Assembly: GCA_951406725.2 (NCBI GenBank)
Contig: OX597834.1
Coordinates: 37,448,001-37,512,000, forward strand
DNA length: 64,000 nucleotides
DNA from: Octopus vulgaris
Taxonomy: Eukaryota
Direction: 5' to 3'
The translations under genes were made by a program, and so were the position numbers. Shown here piece after piece: positions 52,156 to 64,000 of the stretch. Under the pieces are notes generated by a model. The model was not told the origin of the DNA, made no database searches, and worked only from the letters and a program-made list of their open reading frames with translations. Numbering within the stretch: position 1 is the stretch's first letter; the number at the start of each line of letters is the position of its first letter.

Positions 52156-54773
52156 ATTTGTGTATGTATGCATGTGTATGTATGTATGTATTTGTGTATG
52201 TGTGCAGATTGTTTGAAGTTGTGTACAGATTTTATAAATTAAAATAAAAGAAAATAATCCGAATTTTGGATAATTATTTATTAGTGCTTTTAGCTCTTTC
52301 ACTTCCAAGAAACATCAGAAACGATATTTTACAGAACATTTATGCCTTTTATATAAATCTGGAAGAGAACATTCTTTTTGTTATCTATATATGTGTGAGT
52401 GAGTGAGTGAGTGTGTGTGTGTGTGTATGTGCATACATATGAGTGTATATTTATGAGAATGTATATGTAAGTATGTACGTGTAGTGAATTTTTGAAGGCT
52501 TGATTAAAGGGAGAAAAACGTATACATATATATACATGTATATATATATATTTTCTACTTTACACATCTACAAAGGTGAAATGAATGTATGCTGTATAGA
52601 CTCAAAGGATTTAGTTTACTTTTTGTAGACTTAAAATTCATTATCATCTCTTTAGTACAGCTTAGTGCAACAGTAAACTACATTTTGCGTCATTAGTATT
52701 TTTAACTGATAAAAGGTAAAAAAAAATTTTTTTTAAATAATAAAAAATATAAAATAAACAACAAATTTTCAGTTTCTGCAAAATGGGAAAAACAATGAAA
52801 GGAAAAGCACCTGGAAAATGTAAAGTGAATAAGTAAGACACGGTAATTGCGAAATAGTAGAATGATGTGAACTTACTATGTTAACAAATTCTTGGTATGA
52901 AAGATGATCAACTGTGTTCATCTTGGAACCAAGGATATCCAATTTATGGGATGGAATTTCCTCTTGAAATTGCGGATCTACCATTAATTCTTGAAAATCT
53001 TGTTTACTGATTTCTCCTTTTCCAAGAATATCATACTAGAGAGAAAATGAAAAATAGAAAAAAAAACCAAACATCAGTGATGCAATTTATAAGAATTTGT
53101 TTTTTAAAATAAGTTAATAAAGCAGGGAAAAGCAGGGAAAGTAATTAAATTGTAGAAGAATTATGATAATTAAAAGCACCATCCAAACGTGGCTGATGCC
53201 ATTGCCACTTTGACTGGCTTCTGTGACGGTGGCATGCAAAAAGCACCATCTGATCATGGTCAATGCCAGCTCCTCTGGCCCCTGTGCTGGTTGCATGGAA
53301 AACAGACATTAAACGATGATGATGATGATGATGATGATAATGATGATGATGATGATGATGATGATTTGCTTTCTGTGTTTTTCTGGCTAAGTGAGAGAAA
53401 GAAGGACAGCACACATGTGAACTCTTTTAGGGTCTCTGAGAGTGGAAGCAGTGAAATTATAGTCAGGTGCAGACGTGGTTGTGTGGTTAACATACACACA
53501 CATAAACACACACACACACATATATATATATACATATACAATGCCTTTCTTTCAGTGTTTCCATCTATTAAATCCACTCATTAAGAATTTGGTTTGCCAG
53601 GGTTGTAGTAGTAGACATTTGCCCAAGGTACCATGCAGTGAGACTGAACCTGGTACCATGTGGTTAGGAAGTGAACTTCTTACCACACAGCCATGTCTGG
53701 TTGATATTGATAATCTATTCCATCGTACAAGATACAACGGAATATTATCAGCGGCCATGTTGTAGATGTATGACCAAAGACTGTTATTATAACAGAATAA
53801 AAGTGAAGATAGGTACGTATGCATCTGTATGTGTATGTATGTGTGCATGTGTCCAGGCATGTGCTTGTGTGCAGGTGTGTGCATGTATGCTTGTGTGTTT
53901 TGCAAGGGTTATGAGTCAATCACGATGTCATGGTTACAGTTTCAATACATGGTCTGAGATCAAATCACTTGTCAAAAAGAACGAATCTAAAAACAAAAGA
54001 ATTCCAAATTGTAAAATGCTTCAGCGGAGTTTTGTAATAAGCACTCCCCTCACTACCATATTACTAAGATTATTTTTTTCCCCAAAAAGTTTCTTTGGAT
54101 TTCTATGTTATAAACATTAGAGATTACAATTCTGTAAGAAAAAAAATCGCAACATTTAAATTTTTTTACATTTTGTTCTTTTTTGCCATCCATTTCTGAA
54201 TTGGAGTATACAACCAACCATAACTCTGTTTTGTTTTGTTTTGTTCTTTTTTTTTATTTTGTACTTATTGCAATTATTTTTTTCTGAATTATATGTTTTA
54301 AACATAGAAGACCATGTTTCTGCAATAAAAAAAGAGAAACATGTAGAACAAAAACTATCTTTCAATTTCAATTTTTTAATTCCCATCTCATTCTCCATTT
54401 TAGAATATGCAACTGGCCGTAACTTTTTCGTTTTTGACTTTTTTTACAATATTTTTTCTCTTTTTTTTTTCCTCTCTGAATCACATGCTTTAAACTGAGG
54501 AGATTACATCTCTGCAAAAATAAATAAATAAATTAATCAAACTAAAAAAAAACAAAAAAAATCTTTTTTCAGAAATTCAATCTTTCATTACAAGTTGTGT
54601 AAGTTGTTTATTCTGAAAGAAACTCTGCCAATGTTTTAAACACGGATGTTTCCTTTTCCATCCTTATATAATCACTTCAAGTTGATTGTAGCGTTGTAGT
54701 GTTCATGCCTTTACCGAAGTTATTAACTACATTCAAAGAAAGACTAGATCCCTCCAAGCAAAACTATGGTTAA

Positions 54774-54881
54774 CCTTTAGTATGCTATAGGTGCATTATG
54801 TCACCATATGAGTTTTCTCCCCTGTAGTATGAGGGCAGTGGCAGGAGAAACAATTCTGGAGACAAAGCAATGTGCTAAAGG
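54774..54881. mobile_element. 108-bp piggyBac-type MITE
   Basis: TTAA|cctttagta ... tgctaaagg|TTAA. Confidence 0.7.
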
Positions 54882-55089
54882 TTAAGAATTTCTTCATACA
54901 CCTCTCCTGTAGAATTACCTAATTTTCACCAGTATCACAGAACAGATGGGGTAAACTTGCAGGGCAGCCTCAACCACTTGCTGAACTTGCTAGAAATAAC
55001 AGATAAATCCCCCTCAGACCACAATCTAATGCTATGGTTCCCAAACCTTTAAATTCATCCCATCATTTTGGTGCACATTGTATTCAAAT

Positions 55090-55517
55090 TAATTAGATTA
55101 TTTTGTGAAAGGTGATGCCTTTTTATTCTCCTTGTTTTGAATTAATCATACATTTCTTGTAGCTTCAAGATTTCTATGATGCATCTGTTTATTTTCAGAA
55201 TGATATTGTAGGGTAGGTGTGAGAGGCTGGATCTGGATAGATTAACAAAAAGTAAGTAGAATGTTTGAGCCTAATATGACTCCTTTAAATGTTAACACAT
55301 CAGTAATCAGCTTAATCTGTCATATATAATAATGCTTCTTTATCCAGGCTATTCTTAATTAATCATGTATTATCACATAGCTTTGAGATTTCAGTGATGT
55401 AATTGTATATCTTTAGAATGACATTGTAGGGTTGGTGTGATAGGCTGGATCTGGCAAATTTCAATATAAAACTAGGAGAATATCTGGATATGGTCAGTTT
55501 AAGTGATAAAGGGTTAA
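55090..55517 (+). mobile_element. Dimer of the piggyBac-type MITE unit arrayed at 24362-26569
   Basis: Two copies of aattaatcat...gattt...tgatg...agaatga.attgtagggt.ggtgtga.aggctggatctgg, joined at aaatgTTAAcac (55292) and ending aaagggTTAA. Confidence 0.8.
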
Positions 55518-55934
55518 AAAACGGTATTTTAAGAAGCCTAAATTTTTGTTTAATTCTGTTATTCTTTGTGACATTTTTTTTTGTTTTTATTCCAACCCTG
55601 CTTATGTTTTTGTCTTTGGTTTGCAAGATTCATGATGTGAATTTGAGTATTGAAACAGATTTTGTTGTATTTTGGGAGGGTCATTATGCCAATAATAATA
55701 AACACACACACCAGTTCTATTTCACTTCTTTATTTTTCATTTTGTCAGCTGGTTAAAAACCATTTAGCTAATCAATTGTTGGGCTAATCGTTAGGTTAAT
55801 CAATCAACTGCAATCTCATCAATGACATGCCCTCTCTACCCTAGGCCAGCTGCAGGTCTGTCTGTGTGTCTGTCTGTGTGTCTGTTAGTTTGTGGGTTCT
55901 TAATTTATGTAACTGTATGGATGTGAATGAGAAT

Positions 55935-55970
<36 letters not shown>

Positions 55971-56409
55971 CTTTAGACTTTATCCGTTGCTACCTTAAAA
56001 TTGTCTTACATGTCATGCAGTGGGACTGAACCTGTAACCATGCATTTGAGTAGCAAACCTCTTAACCACTCAGCCAAACCTGTATCTATGCCATAAATTT
56101 TAGAGGGCTAGTGGGGGAGGGGTTCGTTGATTAAATTGACCCCCAGGAGTTTGAGATGTCCATCGCTTTAACCTATTTTAATGAACTTCTAACCAATAAA
56201 ATTCCATTTTGGCATCCTTTTTTATTTCTTAATTGGTCATAATCATCATCATCACCACAATCAGCACCATCAACATAACCATCATCAGCATCAGTATCAT
56301 TGACATCATCAACAACAATAAGATAAACAGAGATAAATGCTCACCTGCCATATTTACAATACAAAACTAAAATGCGAAGCTTATTCTTATAAACACACAA
56401 AAACATACA

Positions 56410-56440
<31 letters not shown>

Positions 56441-56458
56441 CATATACAAAGATATATA

Positions 56459-56493
<35 letters not shown>

Positions 56494-57765
56494 ATAATGC
56501 CAATGCTTGGTGACAAAATTAATTAAGAAAAAACATTAATTCCCATTAATCTGTATTTAATTTATGAACTCAAATATATCAGTTTGTTTGCTTCTCTCTT
56601 TCCTCCTCCTCCACCCCCTCTCTCTCCTCCTCCTCTTCTCTCTCTTTCCTCCTCCTCTCTCACTATCAGCCGACTGATTACTGTGTACATTAGAGAGTCA
56701 ATTATTGGTGTTGAAAAGAATATAAAATTGATTCTATATTAGCAGAATTTATTTCGCGTCATAATATTTTTTCTTTCTTTCTGGCGACATCAATTTGTTT
56801 TCAAAACGTCCTCCTTCATCTGATTTTTCACCAGTAAAAATTTCTTGAAATATGACGTAAGCAATTAATGGCTCTTAACTAATTATATGTATAGTTAGGC
56901 TAATAGATTGAAAGAGAAATTATCCATGTTATTAATTTCGGTTTTATTGTGTGCTTTCACTGTGTAATTGGCTTTGAGCACATGTGGTCTCAATTCTTAG
57001 CGCATTCTTATCATCGACTGACTTGTTTATGCCCTTTGTAACATATAAAAGAGAAGAGTATTTTTCAGCTCTATCGTAGAATAGAGCAATGGAGTAAAAC
57101 ATTTGTTGCGAGTAAATTGCGGGCAAAGAAAATTAAAATGTTTATTCAGATCTGTGGTTGTGTGGTAAGAGGTTTGGCTTCCAACAACACGGTTTTTAAT
57201 TCAGTCCCACTTTGTGCACCCGAGGCAAGTGTCTTCCATAAAGTGCTTAGCTTTATATACGTCTTGTCACACCCAAATGGCTAGGTATGTATGTGTATAT
57301 ATATATAAATATATATATAGATACCAGTGCCGGTGGCACGTAAGAGAACCATCCGAACGTGGCTGTAGCCAGTGCCGCCCGACTGGCATCCATGCCTGTG
57401 GCACATAGAAAGCACCATCCGATTATGGCCGTTTGCCAGCCTCGTCTGGCACCTGTGCCGGTGGCACGTAAAAAGCACCCACTACACTCATGGAGTGGTT
57501 GGCGTTAGGAAGGGCATCCAGCTGTAGAAACACTGCCAGATCAGACTGGGCTTGGTGCAGCCTTCTGGCTTCCCAGACCCCAGTTGAACCGTCCAACCCA
57601 TGCCAGCATGGAAAGCGGACGTTAAACGATGATGATGATCATGATGATCATCATCATCGTTTAACATCTGTTTTTCATGCTGAGGACTTGCAAGCCAAGA
57701 GGCTGTGTCCTTATATTTTCGAACAAGGGAATCTAGAACCACTCAGCTCATTTTTCTCTCTAGCA

Positions 57766-58114
57766 CAGGGGTTCTCAACCATTTTTATCTATGGACCCTT
57801 TTCCATTAATATTTTATTCTAGTGGACCCTCGTCATTATTCAATGTTTAAAAACTAGTTTTATACACACTTCTTTCAGAATTCCTATTTGGTTTTTCATA
57901 CATTAACTTGTGTAGGTTGAACTATGGAAACTGTTAGAGAAAGAAACCCAGCTGTTTCTTGCAATACATCACCAATACATACATCTAAAGCAAAATTTTT
58001 TCAAGGGCCTTTAAAATATTATTGTGGATCCCCAATCTACTATTTTTTTCCATGGAACCCCACAAAAATTATATGGACCCTCAGGGCCATATGGATCCTG
58101 GTTGAGAGCCACTG
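57766..58114. mobile_element. hAT(Charlie)-like MITE, about 350 bp
   Basis: TIRs caggggttctcaacc / ggttgagagccactg, subterminal tggaccc repeats, and a decayed TSD ctctagca / ctctgaat. Confidence 0.75.
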
Positions 58115-58615
58115 CTCTGAATCATTTTGCCTCTGGGCACTACTTGGCCTGAATCTGAGGCAAACAGCATTTATTTTATTTCTTCACTGCCCACAAGGGG
58201 CTAAACATAGAGGAAACAAAGAAGGACAGACAAAGAGACTAAGTCGATTACATCAACCCCAGTGCATAACTGGTACTTAATTTAGAGACCCTGAAAGGAT
58301 GAAAGGCAAAGTCAACCTCTGGGAAATCTGAACTCAGAATGTAATGGCAGACAAAATACCGCTAAGCATTTCGCCCGGAGCGCTAGCATGTCTAAAGTGA
58401 TGTGCAGTGGGATTGATCCCCAGGACCACTTGGTCATGATTGATTTCATAAGAATAATGATAAGTTATTTTTTCATGAAATATTTTGCAAGTAATATTGC
58501 TTTTGTGACATTTTTGTGTCTGATACTGGTTTTGGAATATATATTTTCTGCACTATATAAATTTTTAATCTGATGATATATATATTTCATCAGATTAAAA
58601 ATATGTGCAGGTGTG

Positions 58616-58668
<53 letters not shown>

Positions 58669-59146
58669 TACATATATATACATATGCACACACACACACA
58701 CGCATATACTCATCAATATACATATGGATACTCACATTAATATATATACATATATATATATTTATATATATACATACTAACATTAATATATATACATATA
58801 TATCTATATCTCTCTATTCCTCTCTCTCTCTCTCTGTATCTATACACAAGTACACACACATGTATATATACATATATACACATATGTATGTATTATCACT
58901 GCAATATATATTTCACCAATGATATGCATGTGTTTATGTATGAATGTGACTCTGTGTGTGCATGTGTGTGTGTGTGTGTGTGTGCATGAATTTCGTTTAT
59001 GACTTTTGATATTTGCTTGCAGCCTTAACTTGGATTGATTCAAAAATATAATAAACTATTAATACATAACACACGTATGTATCTATATATGTGTGTGTAT
59101 TATGTAGTTTATGATATATATATATATATAGATATATGTATATGTA

Positions 59147-59177
<31 letters not shown>

Positions 59178-59685
59178 ATCCAGGAACTTCATTCCATATA
59201 TCTCGTTCATATTTCACTTCATTGATTTCTGTATAATATAGGGTGTGAAACAATAATTGCCGTACAAGGACTGGTCGTGCCAACCATGAAACGCTTGGTA
59301 AAGACAAATAGGGAAGGAAAGAAAGGAAGATGTAGAGAAAGAAAAGACAGAAAGCAGGAAGGAAAGAAGGAAAGAAAGAAATTAAAAAAAAAGGCCATGA
59401 AGACTGAAAGAAAACTGATTTATGGTTGAAAAGACGATGATGGAATACATTTCTCATACAAATTCAAACCTGATAAAAAATGGTCAGAAATTCGTCTACA
59501 GACAAACCGTATATTAAAATATTCAATATTCCAATGTATAATTATATATATATATATGCACATATATATGTATATATACAAATGCACATATATATATGTA
59601 TATAAATATATGTATATATATATATGCATACATATGTACATATATATACATATATATACATACATATATATATACATATATACAT

Positions 59686-59764
<79 letters not shown>

Positions 59765-59894
59765 CAGATATATATATACATATATAATATATATATGCAC
59801 ATATATATATACATATATAATATATATATGCACATATATATATACATATAAAATATATATATGCACATATATTTATATACATATATATACATAC

Positions 59895-59941
<47 letters not shown>

Positions 59942-60280
59942 TATACATGGATACATAGATGTTGTTTTTTTGTCTTTTCAACATGGTATTGAGATGGGTG
60001 CTTTTGCGTGGCACCAGTAGGGGTATATTACACACGACACCAGTACGAGTGCTTTTACATGGCTCCAGTGCTGTTGCTTTTTACATGGAACCAGCACCCG
60101 CAAGCCCATAAGACATACATTCATATACACATACATGCACATATATATATATACCTATGGTGATGCAAACAGCAAAAATACAACTCAAAATATGAGTATA
60201 TGTATATATTTATTAATATTTAGCAGAAGTAACAGAGTGACTCAAGGGTCGAGAGTTTCATGCATTGACACTTACATATG

Positions 60281-60316
<36 letters not shown>

Positions 60317-60370
60317 CATATACATATCTACATCTATTTATCCAACTATCTGTCTGTCTGTCTATCTCTT

Positions 60371-60419
<49 letters not shown>

Positions 60420-60525
60420 AAACTGCAAAAATTATAATTTTGCAGCTTTAATAAAATGTATCTTGCTCTACCTTTGGTATTCAAGGACTATTTTTCCACA
60501 TTGTTTCGCACTTATGTACTCAGCA

Positions 60526-60559
<34 letters not shown>

Positions 60560-61169
60560 GTATATACACATGATGGGCTTCTTTCAGTTTCTGTCTACTA
60601 AATCCACTGATAAGGATTTGTTGGCTCCAGACTATAGTAAAAGACATTTGTCCAAGTTGCCACACAGTGGGACTGAACCCAGAATTGTGTGATTGGGAAG
60701 CAAGCTTCTTACCACACAGCCATGCCTTGAACATGATGATGAAATATACCTACGTTAAATATATAAACATCCACACCCATATAAGTATAGATTTATAGAA
60801 ATCCATATAATTTTTCTTTTTCCCGTTGACTCACTTTCATTATGCATGACAATTTCCATCAGCTTTCTCTGTTAATGGTTTTTTATCATTCATCATGTGT
60901 TTGAAACGATAAAATAATTTTTATTGATCACAGCGATAAAAACTAATGTTTACTAATGTTTTCTTTTTGTTTTTATTTTTTTAATATTTCCAACATTAGT
61001 TAATATGATTTTATTAAAACTACACACACTTCCCAATAATTTTCAATTGAAATGTCTCCTTATATTGAAGCTGACATATATACAGATTGTTTTCAATATT
61101 CTCTTGCTTTCTGACATTAGCGATTTCCCTTCCTTGTAGCTGATTGTGTATGAATTCTAAGTTTGAAAT

Positions 61170-61648
61170 TGAGCACTTTCCATAAGTGAATCGAGGACTT
61201 TCTTGTGATTCGCTCTGGATCTTGACAATGGTGTTAAAACAACGACCTTTGAGCTGCATTTTCACCTTGGGGGAGAGATGGAAGCCCATGGGTGCTAAAT
61301 CTGGCAAACAGGGTTGGGTATGCAGGCAATACAATATTGCATTTGGTGAGAAACTCTCAAGTGGGGTCAGCTCAGTGTAGCATCCAATTCTTTGTGCTCC
61401 ACAAATCTGGTCCCTTTCCCCAAATGTCCTCCCACAAATGCTTCAAAATGTTGCAGTAGAACCCTTAATTGTTGATCTGGCCCTGAGGAACAAATTCACG
61501 ATTCACAATATTGCATTTATGGGGTTGATGCTCACACCAGGTCTTCCAGATTGCTCATCATCTTCCAAGGATGTTCTTCCACTTTTGAAGCACCCATGCC
61601 ACGCAAAACATTGTGTACAACCCAGTACTTCATCACTGTAAGCTTGCT
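61170..61648 (-). pseudogene. Internally deleted mariner transposase remnant
   Basis: Minus strand: QAYSDEVLGCTQCFAWHGCFKSGRTSLEDDEQSGRP (HTH region) is joined near 61515 to REFVPQGQ...FYCNILKHL..DLWSTKNWMLH and HTQPCLPDLAPMGFHLSPKVKMQLKGRCF (decayed HPPYSPDLAP.D). Confidence 0.85.
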
Positions 61649-61889
61649 AAAAACTGAAAGAAACCCATTGAATATATATATATATATCGAATGGATGTGT
61701 TATAATACTATTGCACACATACAATAACAGCCATACCAACAATCCAACATACCTCCATCATCGGCTGCCTCGTGGATATCACTATGGTTTCGACACCTGG
61801 ACAGTACCATTCAATCCAGCAGTGTCAACAGCACCAATATAAATGTTGTTTGGGAACGAACATACTTAGAAGGTGTGTGTTTGTGTATG

Positions 61890-61947
<58 letters not shown>

Positions 61948-62569
61948 AAATTTATAGGAAAACAGAAGACAAAGACCGGTGTATGAACAACAAGCAAATG
62001 TATTAGTTCGAAACTGAGGAAAATGAAAAAGCCTTTTACATTTTGAGCCTTTGCTCTTCAACAGAAAGGAATAAGAGAAAATAAACAAAGAGAGAATGAA
62101 AAAACTTGTTGACTTCAGCAGTTCAGCTCGATGAGTTTCTTTCATTTTCCATCTACCAACTCTACTCTCAAGGCTCTGGTTGGCCTGGGGCTATAGTAGA
62201 AGACACCTGCCTGAAGTGCTACACAGGGACTGAACCAAGAATCATGTGCTTGGGAAGCAAGCTTCTTACCACACAACCACGCCAACACCTAAGATGGTAG
62301 CGTGTGCTTTGAAGTCTAGTTTTGTGGCTTAGTGGTTAGGGTATTTGCAACCACGATTGCAAGGTCATGGTTTCAATTCCTGGACCGGATGGTGCATCGT
62401 ATTCTTGAGCAAGACTCTTCATTTCATATTTACTCCAGTCTATCCAGCTGTAGAACTGAATAACTCTGTGACAGACTGACATCTGGTTCAGAGTCAGTTT
62501 TGTGATCTAGGACAATTATACCCCATAGAAACTGGGTAACCAGCCTGATGTGTATGGCGAGGCTGATGA

Positions 62570-62840
62570 GCACGTTAAAAGCACCATTTGTGCAGGATCA
62601 TTGCCAGTGCTGTCTGACTGGCTCCTGTTCCAGGGGCACATAAAGAGCACCATTTGAGCGTGATCGCTGCAAGTGCTGGCTGACTGGCTCCCATGCCGGT
62701 GGCACATAAAGAGCACCATTTGAGCATGATCATTGCCAGTGCTGGCTGACTGGCTCCCATGCCGGTGGCACATAAAGAGCACCATTTGAGTATGATCATT
62801 GCCAGTGCTGCCTGACTAGCTCCTGTGCCAGGGACACATA
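62570..62840 (+). repeat. Four tandem units of about 66 bp from the family C internal repeat
   Basis: taaa(g)agcaccattt at 62576, 62641, 62707 and 62773. Confidence 0.9.
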
Positions 62841-63796
62841 CCTAGGCAACATCCACCAGTTGGTGACAATGTGGGATTTCAAGGAGATTTGGCTGCTATT
62901 TCTAGCAGGTCATGATAGGAAAGCTCACCTGCTCTTCATTCTGTGAAGAATTTCAAGATACTTTTCAACAAACTTTGACACATATTAGAGATGTCACAAT
63001 AAGCGACAGTTCGGTTTTGTCATGAAATATTAATTCACCAGACATGGAAATATTTCTGCCAAACTTTATGCAAAGTTTCAAAGACAGAAGATTAGAAAGA
63101 AATGAAAATAAAGACTTAGAAAAGCTCTAATTTATTAATTCTTTTAACTTCAGAAATCATTTAATAATTAATTTTTATAACGATGATGTAGATGAAGGTG
63201 GTGGTGGTGGTGGGTGGCAGTGGTGATGATGATGATGATTGTGGTGGTGGTGGTGGTGATGATGGTGGAGTTGTTACTTGTGTTGGTGATGATGGTGTTT
63301 ATGGTGATGATGATGATGATGATAATGATGATGGCAGTGGTGATGATGTATGTTTTTAACTTGTGATGTAAAAAAAAAAAAAAATACATGACTAATATAA
63401 ATATTTGAAGAAAATAATTCTGCAATGGCTTTCTTGCATGGCTGTGTTGTAAATAAGCTTGTTTCCCAACCATATGGTTCTGGGTTCAGTCCCACTGCTC
63501 ATGCCAGTACCAGTACAGATTCCATATTGGCCAAGCTGTGGATATTGAAATATATTCTTTTCTGCTCTAGCACTATTTGAGCGTGGTTGATACCAGTACC
63601 ACCTGACCGGCCCTCATGTGAGTGGTATGTAAAAAGCACCCACTACACTCTCAGAGTGGTTGGCGTTAGGAAGGGCATACAGTTGTAGAAACTTTACCAG
63701 ATCAGATTGGAGCCTGGTGCAGTCTTCTGGCTTGCCAGCCCTCAGTCAAACACTCCAACCCATGCCAGCATGGAAAGTGGACGTTAAACGACGATG

Positions 63797-64000
63797 ATGA
63801 CCCCAAACGGATGAAAGGCAAAGTCGACCTTGGTGGAATTTGAACTCAGACCATAAAGACAGACGAAATACTTATTTCTTTACTACTCACAAGGGGCTAA
63901 ACACAGAGAGCACAAACAAGGACCGACGGATTAAGTCGATTATATCGACCCCAGTGCATAACTGGTACTTAATTTATCGACCCTGAAAGGATGAAAGGCA
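63797..64000 (-). mobile_element. Multimeric family A SINE running off the window end
   Basis: Two cores joined by the gacgaaatac|ttatttcttt junction near 63865. Confidence 0.85.

Noticed and set aside
52886-53010. Short protein-looking frame MKDDQLCSSWNQGYPIYGMEFPLEIADLPLILENLVY
   Set aside because: Under 45 codons, no recognisable homology and no convincing splice acceptor.
61780-61832. Hammerhead-like string (minus: CTGTT-GACAC..CTGGA/TCCAG-GTGTC-GAAAC)
   Set aside because: Good stem II but incomplete core, no stem I and no NUH triplet; too decayed to call.

Overview
AT-rich animal genomic DNA with no recognisable host protein-coding gene; it reads as intergenic or deep intronic sequence. 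The SINE families and very high microsatellite load point to an octopus (coleoid cephalopod) genome; this is inferred from recalled repeat consensuses, not from a search. Almost all ORF-track entries are artefacts of (TA)n, (CA)n, (CAT)n, (CAC)n and (TTA)n repeats. Supportable content: four dispersed SINE-type families, often nested or tandem; a full-length but decayed 1256-bp Tc1-superfamily element with DD36E spacing; three mariner remnants; Tx1/L1, CR1/L2 and RTE LINE fragments; a non-autonomous Helitron; hAT- and piggyBac-type MITEs, including a tandem array; and an RTE-derived higher-order array. The most interesting signal is a set of type I or minimal hammerhead-ribozyme-like motifs in several unrelated short repeats: two near-canonical (14229-14318 +, 14633-14691 -) and others with variant cores (UUGAAAA, CUGUNGA), one pair inside a 269-bp foldback. 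Repeat boundaries were read by eye and are approximate.
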